A stretch of 64,000 bases of DNA from Trichosphaerium sp. ATCC 40318 (taxonomy: Eukaryota > Protista > Tubulinea). Both the position numbers and the translations under genes were made by a program. The stretch's first letter is position 1, and each line of letters starts with the position of its first letter. Of the stretch, positions 13,237 to 24,747 are shown in pieces. The notes beneath the pieces are model-generated. The model had not been told where the DNA came from and made no database searches. It saw only the letters and a program-made list of their open reading frames with translations. The stretch covers positions 49,693 through 113,692 of the forward strand of contig JALMLS010000436.1 in the NCBI GenBank assembly GCA_038496445.1, read 5' to 3'.

Positions 13237-13599
13237 AGATTTGAGAAATCAGTTGACGTCCTGTTTCGTTCAGTAAATGATGTCATAAAACTACCAAAAC
13301 CTCCGATATCGTACAACGGTAGTTTTCGTGGTATTCATACCGTGATTGCGAACAAATATACAAATACGTAGGTACTAAGTGACAGAAGCAAGAGAATAAC
13401 TCCGCCGTTACCTTTTTTCTTTATTTTACACGTGTTGTATAATTCCATTTTTTCTCGTTTTATTTACATGACCGGCACCTATAGCTCAAATCTTTACCCG
13501 AAATTAAACGTCATTTTTTTCTATTGGTGCTTGCAAAGCTTGGAAGCACGTGATAAAAATATGTTGTGGTTTTGAGATGTACTTCTTATTTCTTGCTCT

Positions 13600-14210
13600 T
13601 TAGATATTCACTCGTTTATTTAGGTGGAAAAGCTGATACAAAAGACTGCTCATGGTGGTGTACGGTCCAAATGAGACTGTTAGATATTTTACAAAGACAT
13701 ACAAACAATTGTTCTTTGACACCTTTTGCAAAAGCATCTTTTTTTTGGAAAGAAGTAACTTGTTTATTGTTTCTTAGGCTCTTTATGTGCGCGCCCAATT
13801 ACAAAATTGGCTAAATGATAGTAAAGAAAGCTTATTAAGTGCTGTAGAACAATAAACAACTTTATATTTCTACCTATCGTCAAGTTTATGCACCCTTGCA
13901 AGTACTTTAAACGCTTTTGTTTATTTGGGAAGGCGATCTCGAGGTTTTTTTTGATGAGATACGTGCTTCTTTGAATAGCTTTTTTAGCCTTTTTTTTGTT
14001 TTAATCCAATTCTATCACTTCTCTTGTTACTGCAATCTTTGATGAAAGTGCCCTGTTTTAACAATACTGTCTATGCAATGTCAAGTACCTTCGTAGTTAC
14101 AATCTGTCAAATAAACAGCGTAATAATGTTTGACTAACGGCCGTTTTATTCTCCGAAGTAGGACTGTAATGACATTATTACAAACTTCTAATGCAACAAT
14201 CCTTGGTGGC
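13600..14210 (-). pseudogene. Decayed paralogue of the F-box/LRR gene at 48811-50211
   Basis: Minus strand gives IKTKKRLKKLFKEA..LIK (~13955-14005) and LKYLQGC (~13885-13910), matching IKTKKKLKKLFQEAPFLIK and LKYLQGA of the intact gene. Frameshifts and stops present. Outer limits approximate. Confidence 0.7.
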
Positions 14211-14462
14211 TTTTTGCCAATGAATATCGCGTTCTTTTAACATGCCAACAGGGGATTGTAAACGCTACTATGTCGCGAATCAACTGTTTTTACAAACAAC
14301 TTGTAACCAACTAATTGTGGTGACTTGCATTTTACAACTGCTTGTGAGTGATAGTAGCTAAAGACATAATAGTAATGAAAATGAGTCGATATAAACTGAA
14401 AACAAAGTTTGCTAAGGAGGGAGGGTCCGGGTTTTTTATTGGGATGAGGTACAACAAGTACT

Positions 14463-14741
14463 TTAAGCTGCAGGATCATTAATTGGGTCATCAGATCTAC
14501 AGTTTGCGATGCAGGCACGAGTACGTCTTTTACATACTTTAGGACGGACTTCGCCCTCTCTGATGCATTGACGGCCTCTGTGGATGCAGCGTTGTTCACA
14601 AGGATCACGAGTTGGGTCAGTATCATCTTGTGCCTTTTATACAGTTAGTAACTCTGTTTATAATAAAGTGATAAGGAAGCTTGCCATACTGATTGCAATG
14701 AGAGCAAGTAAGGCAAGAGCGAGAAGTGTAAGGTATTGCAT
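14463..14741 (-). CDS. Small secreted Cys-rich cationic peptide (CX3CX6CX10CX6CX3C), 2 exons
   Basis: MQYLTLLALALLALIAISM|AQDDTDPTRDPCEQRCIHRGRQCIREGEVRPKVCKRRTRACIANCRSDDPINDPAA*. Intron has a TACTAAC branch site and a GCAAGC donor; an alternative in-frame GT donor/acceptor pair also exists. Confidence 0.8.
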
Positions 14742-15960
14742 GTTGAGTTGTTGTTATTGTTGGGTTTGTATTGATAATTTATGTTTCAGCAATAAGTCAC
14801 AATGCACACTATTTTGAGGTAAGGCCGAAAAATGCGGCCATTCTATTCACTGTAAAGATGTGAACCAGTTACAAACAAGTTTAGAAAATGCCTGGGTCTA
14901 CTTTCAAACAATCCAGTAATTGCGGTTTTGGATTCAGCCATGGTGTCTTGTACAATCCAAATTCGAAGGCTTTTTTTTACCCAAACATCTCCTAAAATTA
15001 TATGATTTGCTCACCATCATTTAAAATCTATACATCAAGGTCTTGAATATGGAGTGCACAACTATTTAGCTATACGTTAAACGATTTGCTAGTTTTGTAC
15101 TTACACAGATGCTAACATCTGGCACGGTGGCTATTTAAAGTAGTAGGTTTGGGCAACCCCAAACATCTCCGTTGCGAATCACAATTCTTTCCGGCCGAAG
15201 TTTGCGGGAAAGTGTTGAGATATACCTGAGCTATATTGACATTCTATTAGCGCTGTTTAGAGCGGGTAAAAAAAAACGTCTTGTTCACGTGATTTGCTGA
15301 ATGTGTCTTTTTAGTAACATGCATTTTCGGCCACGCCAATATTGCCGAAATTGTTCAAAATATCATGAACAACGAGTTCTGGTATGAGGATATGGCGGTT
15401 TAGTATGGCACAAGAAGGGTTGATCTTTATTTCATTGGTGTAGTCGAAAAACGTGAGGCAACTCCTTTGTAAATAAATCATAAACTTGTTTCTTTCAGTG
15501 TTTTGATAACGCTGAGCAAGAGGTAAAAAGTCCTGTCACAAAATAAGTGTTGTGACGGGCTTGATAAACAATCGTACAACGCGATTGTGCTGTTGCTCAC
15601 TGGAAGTAATTGATCTAATCCTCTAATTAAACAACACCTTGAATAGATCTAACGACAAGTCTAAAGTGTCTGTCTCAGTCCTTCTTTTCGACAGTGCTAT
15701 TTTGTCTTCTCTAGTTTTTCAATTTTTTTTTCATGTATTTGATATGCTGTGAGAATTTCAATGTTGACTGTAACATGTCTGTATTATAGCGAGTCTTGTA
15801 CCGTCAGGTCCTACGTTGTACAAAGTGACTCACAACAGTTCGTTGTTAGTTGAGTGTAACTCATCGTGCATTGACCCCTTAGTCGTGACTAAACTTATTT
15901 AACCATTCCTTGAAACTAAAGTATACACTTACGCTGTACTATTATTCTAATACATACAAG

Positions 15961-18702
15961 ATGAATACTTTGCCTACAGAGTTACTGGTGATTGTGCTGG
16001 AGTATATTGACAATATTGAATCGTTTAATAGTGTAATAACCACTTGTAAATCGTAGGTATATAAAAACGAGCTATAGAAACTAATTGGATTGGTTTAGCT
16101 TTGTTCGCGTTGGTTTTTCAGATTTACGCCCTTTCTACATGAACCTGTATGCTAGTAAGTGGCGACTTGATACTAGAGAGCTTGCAGTTCAAATTGAACT
16201 CAACAACAGGTATGCACAAAAGGTCTCTTAGCTTTTTTTCTAATGTTACTGAAGAGGTTGGCTTGGGAAGTATAACGCACGAGTTACTAACGAGAGACAC
16301 GTGTTTTTAGATATTTGTGGGGTAATTACTCAGCCACATTGTATAAGCTGTTTGAGTCATTGACGTTTTTACAAGGCAAATAGCAAGTACACTGGCTTGT
16401 ATGATAAAAATCTTCATAACTCAAGACAATTTAAAAAAGCTGTAAAGAAAATGGTATGTTTACTGTTACAAGTTATCTATGGTGTTACTGTTACTGTTTT
16501 TTTTTTGATTAGTTCTAGAGTACCAACGGATCTAGTGACATCAAAACAATAGTTGATGCTATGGTTACTTGCCTTGATATTTCTACTACCACGAATGAGA
16601 TGAACAACATTGTTTCGTTAATTCTACGGTGCAATCAAGACGCAGAAGGCTTCTTAGGTGTTGTATCACAGTGTTTAAAACGAAAAAAATCGTGTACTGT
16701 AAGCTCAACATTACGCCATTCTGTAACACGTGACTAATCTGCAAAAAAAGGCGATAAAACGTTTACTTGTAAGGTGTTCTTACGAGATGAAAAACCATAT
16801 ACAAAGAACAAAAGCTGTTGGTCTTGTAGAGCTTTTGATTAGCCGGTTTTCATACACTCACAATCAAAAGCGTAATCTCAAGTATGCAGCATGTTTAAAT
16901 GCATTGCTTTGGAAAGTAGGAGGTACTACACTGGTGAGATAAAATTGCTAAGTTTAGATTTGTAGAAGGCGATCCACAGGAGTTGGAAGATATTCAAGAA
17001 TGGTTACTTGATATTGGGCTTCCAAAAGTACTTGACAATTTATTGTCTACTGAAAGCGGCCTTGATAAAGCACAGTATAAATCCATGCAAGGTTTGGTAA
17101 CAAGCATAGGAAGTAGAATATTTGAGGTGTCTTGTAATGAATCGTTGATACTAAAGCTTGCTAAATTAGCAAACGAAATTGTAAAAGAAAAAGTTGATGG
17201 TACGTTCATTAACTACTACTGGTTGCTTATTCTTACTGTATGTAGTTATTGGGTTACATGACTTACTGGCACTTTATTATGAAATATATGATGATTCAAG
17301 GATATACAATACTCTCAGAATCCTACGAAGAGCTTTATATCATTTTTCAAAAAAAAGAAAAACAAAGATGATAATAAGAATATCGGAAGAAATCATTGAT
17401 TCTTTAGCAACACTTATTACAACCCCATGGGTCGACAACCAACTACTGCCATTTGTTTTAGGAATACTATCATACATAGAATTTCCAAGTACAAACTCAT
17501 AGCTTGCTGTTCTGTTTTCAATTGAGATTTGACTCTTCTTGCTTAGGTTTTGTACAACGAGCATTAGACAAATATAAAGTTCGAGGAATAGTTGTTTCTA
17601 ATCTGGAAAAAATACGAGAAAGGTATTGCTATGTAAATGCATGTGATTTCCTCTTTAATTCTATTTGGAGAGAAAAAGGAAGCATGGCTTTCAAAGAGAA
17701 AGAGTGGTACTACAGTGACAAAACTGTAAACACAATTTTAGACGAAATAGTCGCTGTTGGTTGTAGCTCAAACAGAGGTTTAGTATTGGTAGGAGTTGTA
17801 AATAACTATGCCATACGACTGCCAAGATGTAGGCAGTTGATTCGGAAGGTAATTATAGCACTTATTGTTCTTGAGCTTGAGCTTGAAGTTTGGTTGATAA
17901 TTTTACTAGCACACAAAATTCATGAAGATGATATTTACAACAATCAGTACTTGTTTGCTTTGGTTATTTACCATCACAACTAATAGCGTTTATAAAAGGC
18001 AGTAAAGAAAAAGTAACTTATGATCCATTCATTATTCTAGCTCTTTCTTATGACAAAGATTGTAAACAACAACTTCTTTACATTGTTACTGATCATGTTT
18101 ATATAGTTTGTGTACAAAACATGAAGAGGATATTACCACAACTCCTTAAAACTATGAATAACTCAAAAACACCAGAAGTACTAAAGTGTACAATTGGAGG
18201 AATTATTCTTTTGCATGCTTCACATAACAGTACAGAGATACTTTGTTTTATTCAGCTTTTTATGTTAACTGGTTTTTTTCCTAGTAAAACTAAACAGTCA
18301 TGTTAGAAAGAGTATAAAAAAACTAGGTGTTGCTATCAAAGATGCAAAAGATACCTCAGGTAGTTTTTATTTAACATATTTAAGTAAATTATCAATCTTG
18401 TTAGCGTACTTTAAACACAAGGACTGTTCACCAGAATATTCTCGGTTGATGTCATCAGTAAAGGAAGAAAACCTACTTGTCTTTTCTTTAGCAGTGCTTG
18501 CAAAATGTCCATTGGTAGAAGCACGATCTGAGTGGTGTAGAGAAGTACCAAAGGTACTGATTTCCGTGTTCGAAGTTTGTAGATGCTAATCACGTGATAA
18601 TAGATTGATAGTTTTTTATCAAACTTTTACAAATCTTCAGACGATATTGTTAGTGAGCTGGCTACCATGGTATATAAGCGCTTTGCTTTATACCGTGTAT
18701 AA
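15961..18702 (+). CDS. F-box protein with long, probably alpha-helical (ARM-like) C-terminal region, multi-exon
   Basis: N-terminal MNTLPTELLVIVLEYIDNIESFNSVITTCKS is F-box-like. A chain of plus-strand exon ORFs runs 16730-18589. Last exon ends ..MVYKRFALYRV*. Confidence 0.65.
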
Positions 18703-18972
18703 TGTGTAGCTACAGAAGCCTACCTTATTCACAAGTTAGTTGAAAGACCTTGAATCAAACTTGTACAGCAACAGCCCTGCCAACTAATAGTAAACGCTGT
18801 TTTGAGTTCCTACAAATACGTATTTGCTTATGAACATTATGAATAGACGATGCAGCTTTCAGTTCCAGCTACTGCTTCCTTGCAAAGATCTTCTGGTTTC
18901 GAAAACTAAACCGGTCAAGTGCTCGCTTAACACTTTGACTATGTTGCTCATACTTATTTAATCTTTGCTACG

Positions 18973-20228
18973 ATGTCATGCGTTAGGTGGATGTACGACT
19001 GGTTGAAGGAGATAGTCAAACCTTCAAGTCAGGCTCTGGATAATTTGTTAATCATTGACACGCACGCGCATGCCGGAGAGAACTGGTTTGAGCCTATAGA
19101 AAGTCTGTTATTTAAGATGGACAGAAACAACGTTAAAAAAGCAGCTTTAATACAACACAGAGGTAAAATAACCACTAAATGCGTAGTTGACGTGATTTAG
19201 GATACTTTGACAACACATATTTGTTTGACTGTTGTAAAAAATACCCTTCACGTTTTGTCGCTTGTTGCTTGGTAGACACGTACTCGGACAACAAACTATC
19301 AGATAAAGAGGCACGAGAGAGTACGATATTTTTTAATTTATGTCACGTGACGATATTGTTTTTGCACGTGACTGGTTTTTTTTAATTACTTTTGTGATTA
19401 GAACTTGAAGAATTAAAGAAAAAAGGAGCGAAAGGCATAAGAGTTTACATGGTATTCCTTCCCACTATCGAATCTGGTTTCTTTAAGAAATGCGAGGAGT
19501 TGGAGTTAGTGATAAGGTACGTTAGTGGTAGGCATCATTGCTGATACGTGTTATAGCTTTCAAGGCGGTGTAGAGTTTTTTTCAGGCTCACAATTTGAAG
19601 AAATAGTTGCTCTTCATCCAAAGTTGCGCATCATTTTGGAACACGGCTGTGGTAAAAGGCTTTATTAAGCTATTTGTTACCACTTACGTAATTTAACATT
19701 TTGATAAAATAGGAGCCCACTACACAACTGTCACGCACGGGATTATACAACCGCCATACACTCAATTTAAAAAAATCATGAAACTTGCGAAAAGATACAA
19801 CAACATCTACGCCAAGGTGTGACACTTCATGTACTTTGTGAACTCATACTTGCTATCTAGGTTCCTGGTTTAGGAGAGTTCAGTAAAAGGCCAGTAGTAC
19901 TCACAAACGAATATAGAGTAGAAGTAAGGCAACTAAGGTACTTTGTATTTTGTTTGTAATTTAATTTTTAGGACACGCCACCATTAATAGAAATGATGTA
20001 TGAAGCATTTGGGCCAAAGAGGTTAATGTATGGATCTGATCACCCGCTTGTATCATGTACAGTGTATAATTTTCTTACTGTTACAGGTGTTAACAAACAG
20101 TCTTAGCTAGAGGAGGGTACCACAACGCTTTACAAGGCATACTTAACTATCCATTTTTTGAAGATAAACAGGATGAATTGGAGTGGATAATGGGTAAAAC
20201 TGCTAATGCATTGTGGGGATTCTCTTGA
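18973..20228 (+). CDS. Amidohydrolase-2 family metal-dependent hydrolase (multi-exon)
   Basis: IIDTHAH metal motif, GAKGIR, HPKLRIILEH.G, NIYAKV.G, EAFGPKRLMYGSDHP, WIMGKTANALWGF. Confidence 0.88.
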
Positions 20229-20449
20229 ATATATTAACATGTGCGCTAAAGTTACCAAGTACAAAAACAATTTTATGCACTCACAGTAAACTACATTTGC
20301 TTATTTCGCAGATTGTGTACTGGTACTAATTATGAAAAAATATGTATTTGGTGTTTAAAAATAACTTGATGTGGTTTATCTGAGACAGAAAGGTAGGTGT
20401 ATTTAAGTCCACAGGTTCAAGAGTTATTAAACGTTGTATTCTTCACCAA

Positions 20450-20870
20450 ATACTATACCATGGATTGTAGATACATATTTTCTTTATTTGTTCACTTTTT
20501 TCCAACTCTTTGTACTTACCATCAATTTTACCATTGGTATGATGCCACTACACAACAACTCATTGGTGTATTATGTGATTTGGCTTCTCCAAAATCTTGA
20601 GTGAGGGACCAAAGTTCCTAAGTTGTGTTCATCATACCATTTTCATACCAAGTCGCCATCATATTCACCTTTGAAATAATTACATTGCTTTACTAGACAA
20701 CCATTGTTGTACCACTCTTTGTTTTCAAAATGTCTCTTATCATCAACAAATGTGCCAATGTGCCTTAAGTTGTCCATTCTCATGCCGTGCTTTAAACTTG
20801 CCTCATCCTAATTACAACGAATAATATGACACCATTGAACACAAGAAATATTGAAATCTACACAACTCAA
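20450..20870 (-). pseudogene. Decayed MORN-variant repeat gene fragment
   Basis: Fragments GKFKARHENGQLK, NKEWYNNGCLVKQCNYFKGEYDG and NGKIDGKYKE are interrupted by stops and frameshifts. Confidence 0.75.
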
Positions 20871-20882
20871 TTGTACTTTAAT

Positions 20883-22255
20883 TTAGGAACACACTTTGTG
20901 TACAATTGTTGGGCCATGTTCTTCATAATCTTCCTTAGATACACAAAAGAATTTGAAGTTTGTCAAGTCAGACAATATCATTCCACCAATCCATGTTGAA
21001 TGTTCTGGAGCTTGCATTGAATTGACCTCAAAAGATACTTTGTCTTTTAGTTCTAGTTCTAATCTTTCACTCATACCAGGGTACACTGTACCGTCACCAC
21101 AAAGAAGTATGTTACCATATAACTGACCAGCAAGTGAAGGGTCACACAGTTGTATTGAACTGTGTACTAGATCTTGAATGCCGCATTTGTTAAAACCTAT
21201 CAAGGATGGGTTGAATAATGTTTCTGGGCACATAAATCTCTCGTTCTTGATGTCCAACATATAACCATCAGCTAGTTCATATGACTACAAAGAGTTAGTG
21301 AACAATGGTGAACATAAAGGACTGTACAGCAAAATATAACAAGTGGAACGCATGTTGTAAATAGAAGATAATTGTAACAAAAAGAAATTGTTTGAAGGTA
21401 CCTTTGACACAGCTCCTGTTTCCATTTCTTTGTTATAGTTTGTTGCAATATAACACCTTTTCTCTTTGATATCTTTAACAATACCACGATTAGAAGTATT
21501 ATTAAAATTATGCACGTCACTCTCAGCTAACAGCAATGTCATGTATTCTGTGAGATGATGACCATACAATTTTAAATGTTTGACAGCATGACGATGAATA
21601 CAACTTTCAACTATTGGTACAACTTGTGTAGCTCCGTTCTCAGTACAAGTTAATGTACAACCAGTCGTCTTACCACGGGCAAACAAAGGTAGCACTTCAC
21701 GGTTTACAATAAATGCCTTTGGTACTTCAAAAGTCTCAAAGACGATTTCAAACATCTTTTCCCTACAAAAAGTCAAATCATGTTCTTGTTCTTAGTGTAA
21801 AATTTGTGACTAAGTAACGTGCCTATAAGATAATGGAGTGTTATATGTATCTGTAAGGAGTAATGGGTAGTCTTCTGGAGAGATACAAAGCTCATTATAG
21901 TACGTATGGTGCCATATTTTTTCAATGTCATCCCAATTGTTTACAACACCGTCTTTCAATGGATAGTGAAGGCTCAATGCAGCTCGCTTTGCTTCAGCTT
22001 CATTGCCAACATAGCAACCTTGTTTTAGAATCAGTTAATGTAAAAAACGGCTTGAGAGCGTTAACAACATTACGTTCACGTGTTTTATTGATGGAAATGC
22101 CTTCCCGTCGTATTTTACCAACAATTGTAGGGAAATTGGCACTGGGTTGTTCGCTCGTATTTAATCCAGCTGAAATAGTCTCGAAGCCATTGTCAATAAC
22201 CACAGCTTTAAAAATATAAGTACAAAGCAGGTTAACATTCGATACCTGTTGTCAT
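20883..22255 (-). CDS. Divergent actin / actin-related protein (multi-exon)
   Basis: [102 protein letters not shown]....[25 protein letters not shown]. Confidence 0.93.
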
Positions 22256-23458
22256 GTAAATAATAAAATAACTTACTAGACTTGACTAAATGTGGCTTCT
22301 TTTTTTTACCTCACTTTTTCATTGTTGTACGCAAGATCAGTGTTTTGGTGTCAATGAAATTAGTGTACTCTTAAGAATAATTGGAGAATTTATATACATG
22401 CACAATTAGCTTGCATGGACGGTGTGCTGCGCAGTACCGGAATATCACAACTATTTTGTTTTCAATAGTCTGAGTCAATTCCTGGATACTTTATCCGAGT
22501 ATCTGATGTCAGTTGTGCATACTACCATTTCAATGAGATGGTAGAGCCTTTGTAGGAAAGTCAGTACAAACATGGGGCAGCATCGCTTTTGAGACAGTTT
22601 CTTCTAGAAATTCAGAAATTGAAACTTTGTTGCGAAAAATAATTGCCTTGACTGTCCTGCCAATGCCACAGAAACTGAAACACAGATACCTCCGTTACAG
22701 TCAAAACTATTGGGACTGGAACAAAGGGTTAGAGACCTTCATGTTAAGTCATAGTTGTATAGTAGCTATCAGACATAATAAAACAACAACAACTTTTCTG
22801 AGTACATTGTAGTCATTGTGCTCTAGCAGTAGGTACGCCTCTAGGTTGTTGCTTTTATATGTTTAGTCGCAGGCTTTGCTTGGTCTCAAACCTCAGTAAA
22901 ACCTAGTTTGTGGGAATGTAAAATCTGAAAGTGTTGAAAATCTGGAAATGTGGCGGAAGTATAATCTTGCACCTTTTGAGGCCGGGGCTATCACATCCGA
23001 CAACTGAGGACTCAATTTGTCATAGACTTTAATTTTATTGTCAAGAAATAACGTATCATTCATTGTTTATAATTGTATTTAATAGCTTGAAAAAATGCTC
23101 TGCTACTCCTTGCGATTTTGTTTGCCATTGTTTTCCATTTTACTAAGATACTATAGAGACATAGAAAAAAGATTAAAAGAAAAAACGAAGGAGAAAAGAA
23201 AAATCGACTCTAACTTGTACAATACCAAATATCGACGTTTGTAAATCATTTCTCAAAGCCGCGAGGAAAATAAAAGAAAGAATTTTGGGAGTTGCAGATA
23301 TATTATTTATGGGTTTGATGACATGTATTGCTCTGATTGGCTAGAAAATCGAAGCGTTACGTATTCCTTTTCTCAAAATATTCTTTCATTTTTGGTTCGC
23401 AAAGAAGAAACGCCGAACTTAAGCCAGCTTTAGACGTTTGCCTTATTGCTTTCTCACA

Positions 23459-24481
23459 ATGGCGAATAACACCGCTACGGCTGTACCACAAGAATGGCCC
23501 CACCCGTTGGGACTCAGTTTAGGGCTTTTGTCGGTTGTTGTATTACAAATTGTCGTAATAACGTACCATTATCTACTGCGTACCGGGGCATTTGGCCCTG
23601 TGAAACCAATACAGAAAAGTACAAAAGAAGGATACCAACAAGGAGCTAAAGCGTACAACTTCTGGGCAGCCGTAATTACCCACGTAGGTACGCTAAAACC
23701 TATTTTCTAGCGTCAGACGTCACTCTGCACTTTCGTAACCCCAAACCACCCCAAAAACGCCTTAAAATGATACCAACACCCCAAAACGTTATTTCTTACT
23801 ACTCAAAACGTAAAAAAAAGTAACTTTCTTGAAGCTCAACCAGAAGGGTTTGTATTACTCGGTAGTTACCTTGCAGGATACTGGATGCTCGATTTAATGC
23901 CCGCAAGGTACGTACAACAAAGTAAACAGTTTCGTAAGATTTCTCTAAAAAAACGCCGGAAAAGTCAAAAAAAATAATAATTTCTTGGTAGTTATTATGA
24001 GTTCGATGGTGGTGTCCAACTTGGATACCTTGCTGCTCAACTTTTGATACAAGACTTTGTACAGTTTATAATGCATAAAATGGAGCATTTATCAGGAGCA
24101 TACTTTTATCAATTAAGTCATAAACCACATCATAAGTTTCTTAATCCTCGTCTTTATGATGCTTTTAATGGGTCACTTTATGATACTATTTGTATGATAC
24201 TTATACCACTCGTTGTCACTTCTCGGTTGGTTCATTGTAATGTATGGACGTATATGGCCTTTGGTAGTACATACGCTGCTTGGTTGACGCTTATTCACTC
24301 GGAGTATAAGCACCCTTGGGATGATCTTTTTAGACTTCTTGGTTTTGGTACTCCTGCTGATCATCACGTTCACCATAGACTATTCAAATACAATTTTGGT
24401 CATTTATTCACGTATTGGGATCGCTTGTTCGGTAGTTACAGGTCACCACTTAAAGTGTCTGTATTTAATGCTGATATCTAA
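23459..24481 (+). CDS. Fatty-acid hydroxylase / sterol desaturase superfamily membrane enzyme
   Basis: His boxes HKMEH, HKPHH and HHVHH, plus LIHSE and YNFG..F.YWDRLFGSY. Three exons. Confidence 0.9.
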
Positions 24482-24747
24482 GTCTTTTTTGAAATAAATA
24501 TTTAAATATCAAATTCGTCTCATTCTTTTCTCGCTCCAAAATAAGTGTTGTTGGCAACGTAATAAGTGTTAACGAGAAAGGCAAAAAATATCATAGTCAC
24601 GCGTTTGCCTACACTATCCAATAATACTCAAGTTTCCCAAACTATCGTACATCAGGAGTAGTGCTAGGGCAATCGATATGAACCGTAGCAAAAAGTGATA
24701 CAAAACAGAAAGTCCAACAGATTGCAGTATTTATTAGTATGCTACAA

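Noticed and set aside
14237-14626. 129-aa minus-strand ORF in the track
   Set aside because: Wrong frame over exon 2 of the Cys-rich peptide gene; it has no recognisable features.
22400-23000. Moderately GC-richer stretch with short ORFs (also 12230-12700, 38400-38700, 41400-41760)
   Set aside because: No consistent exon chain or recognisable motif; may be decayed sequence but cannot be supported.
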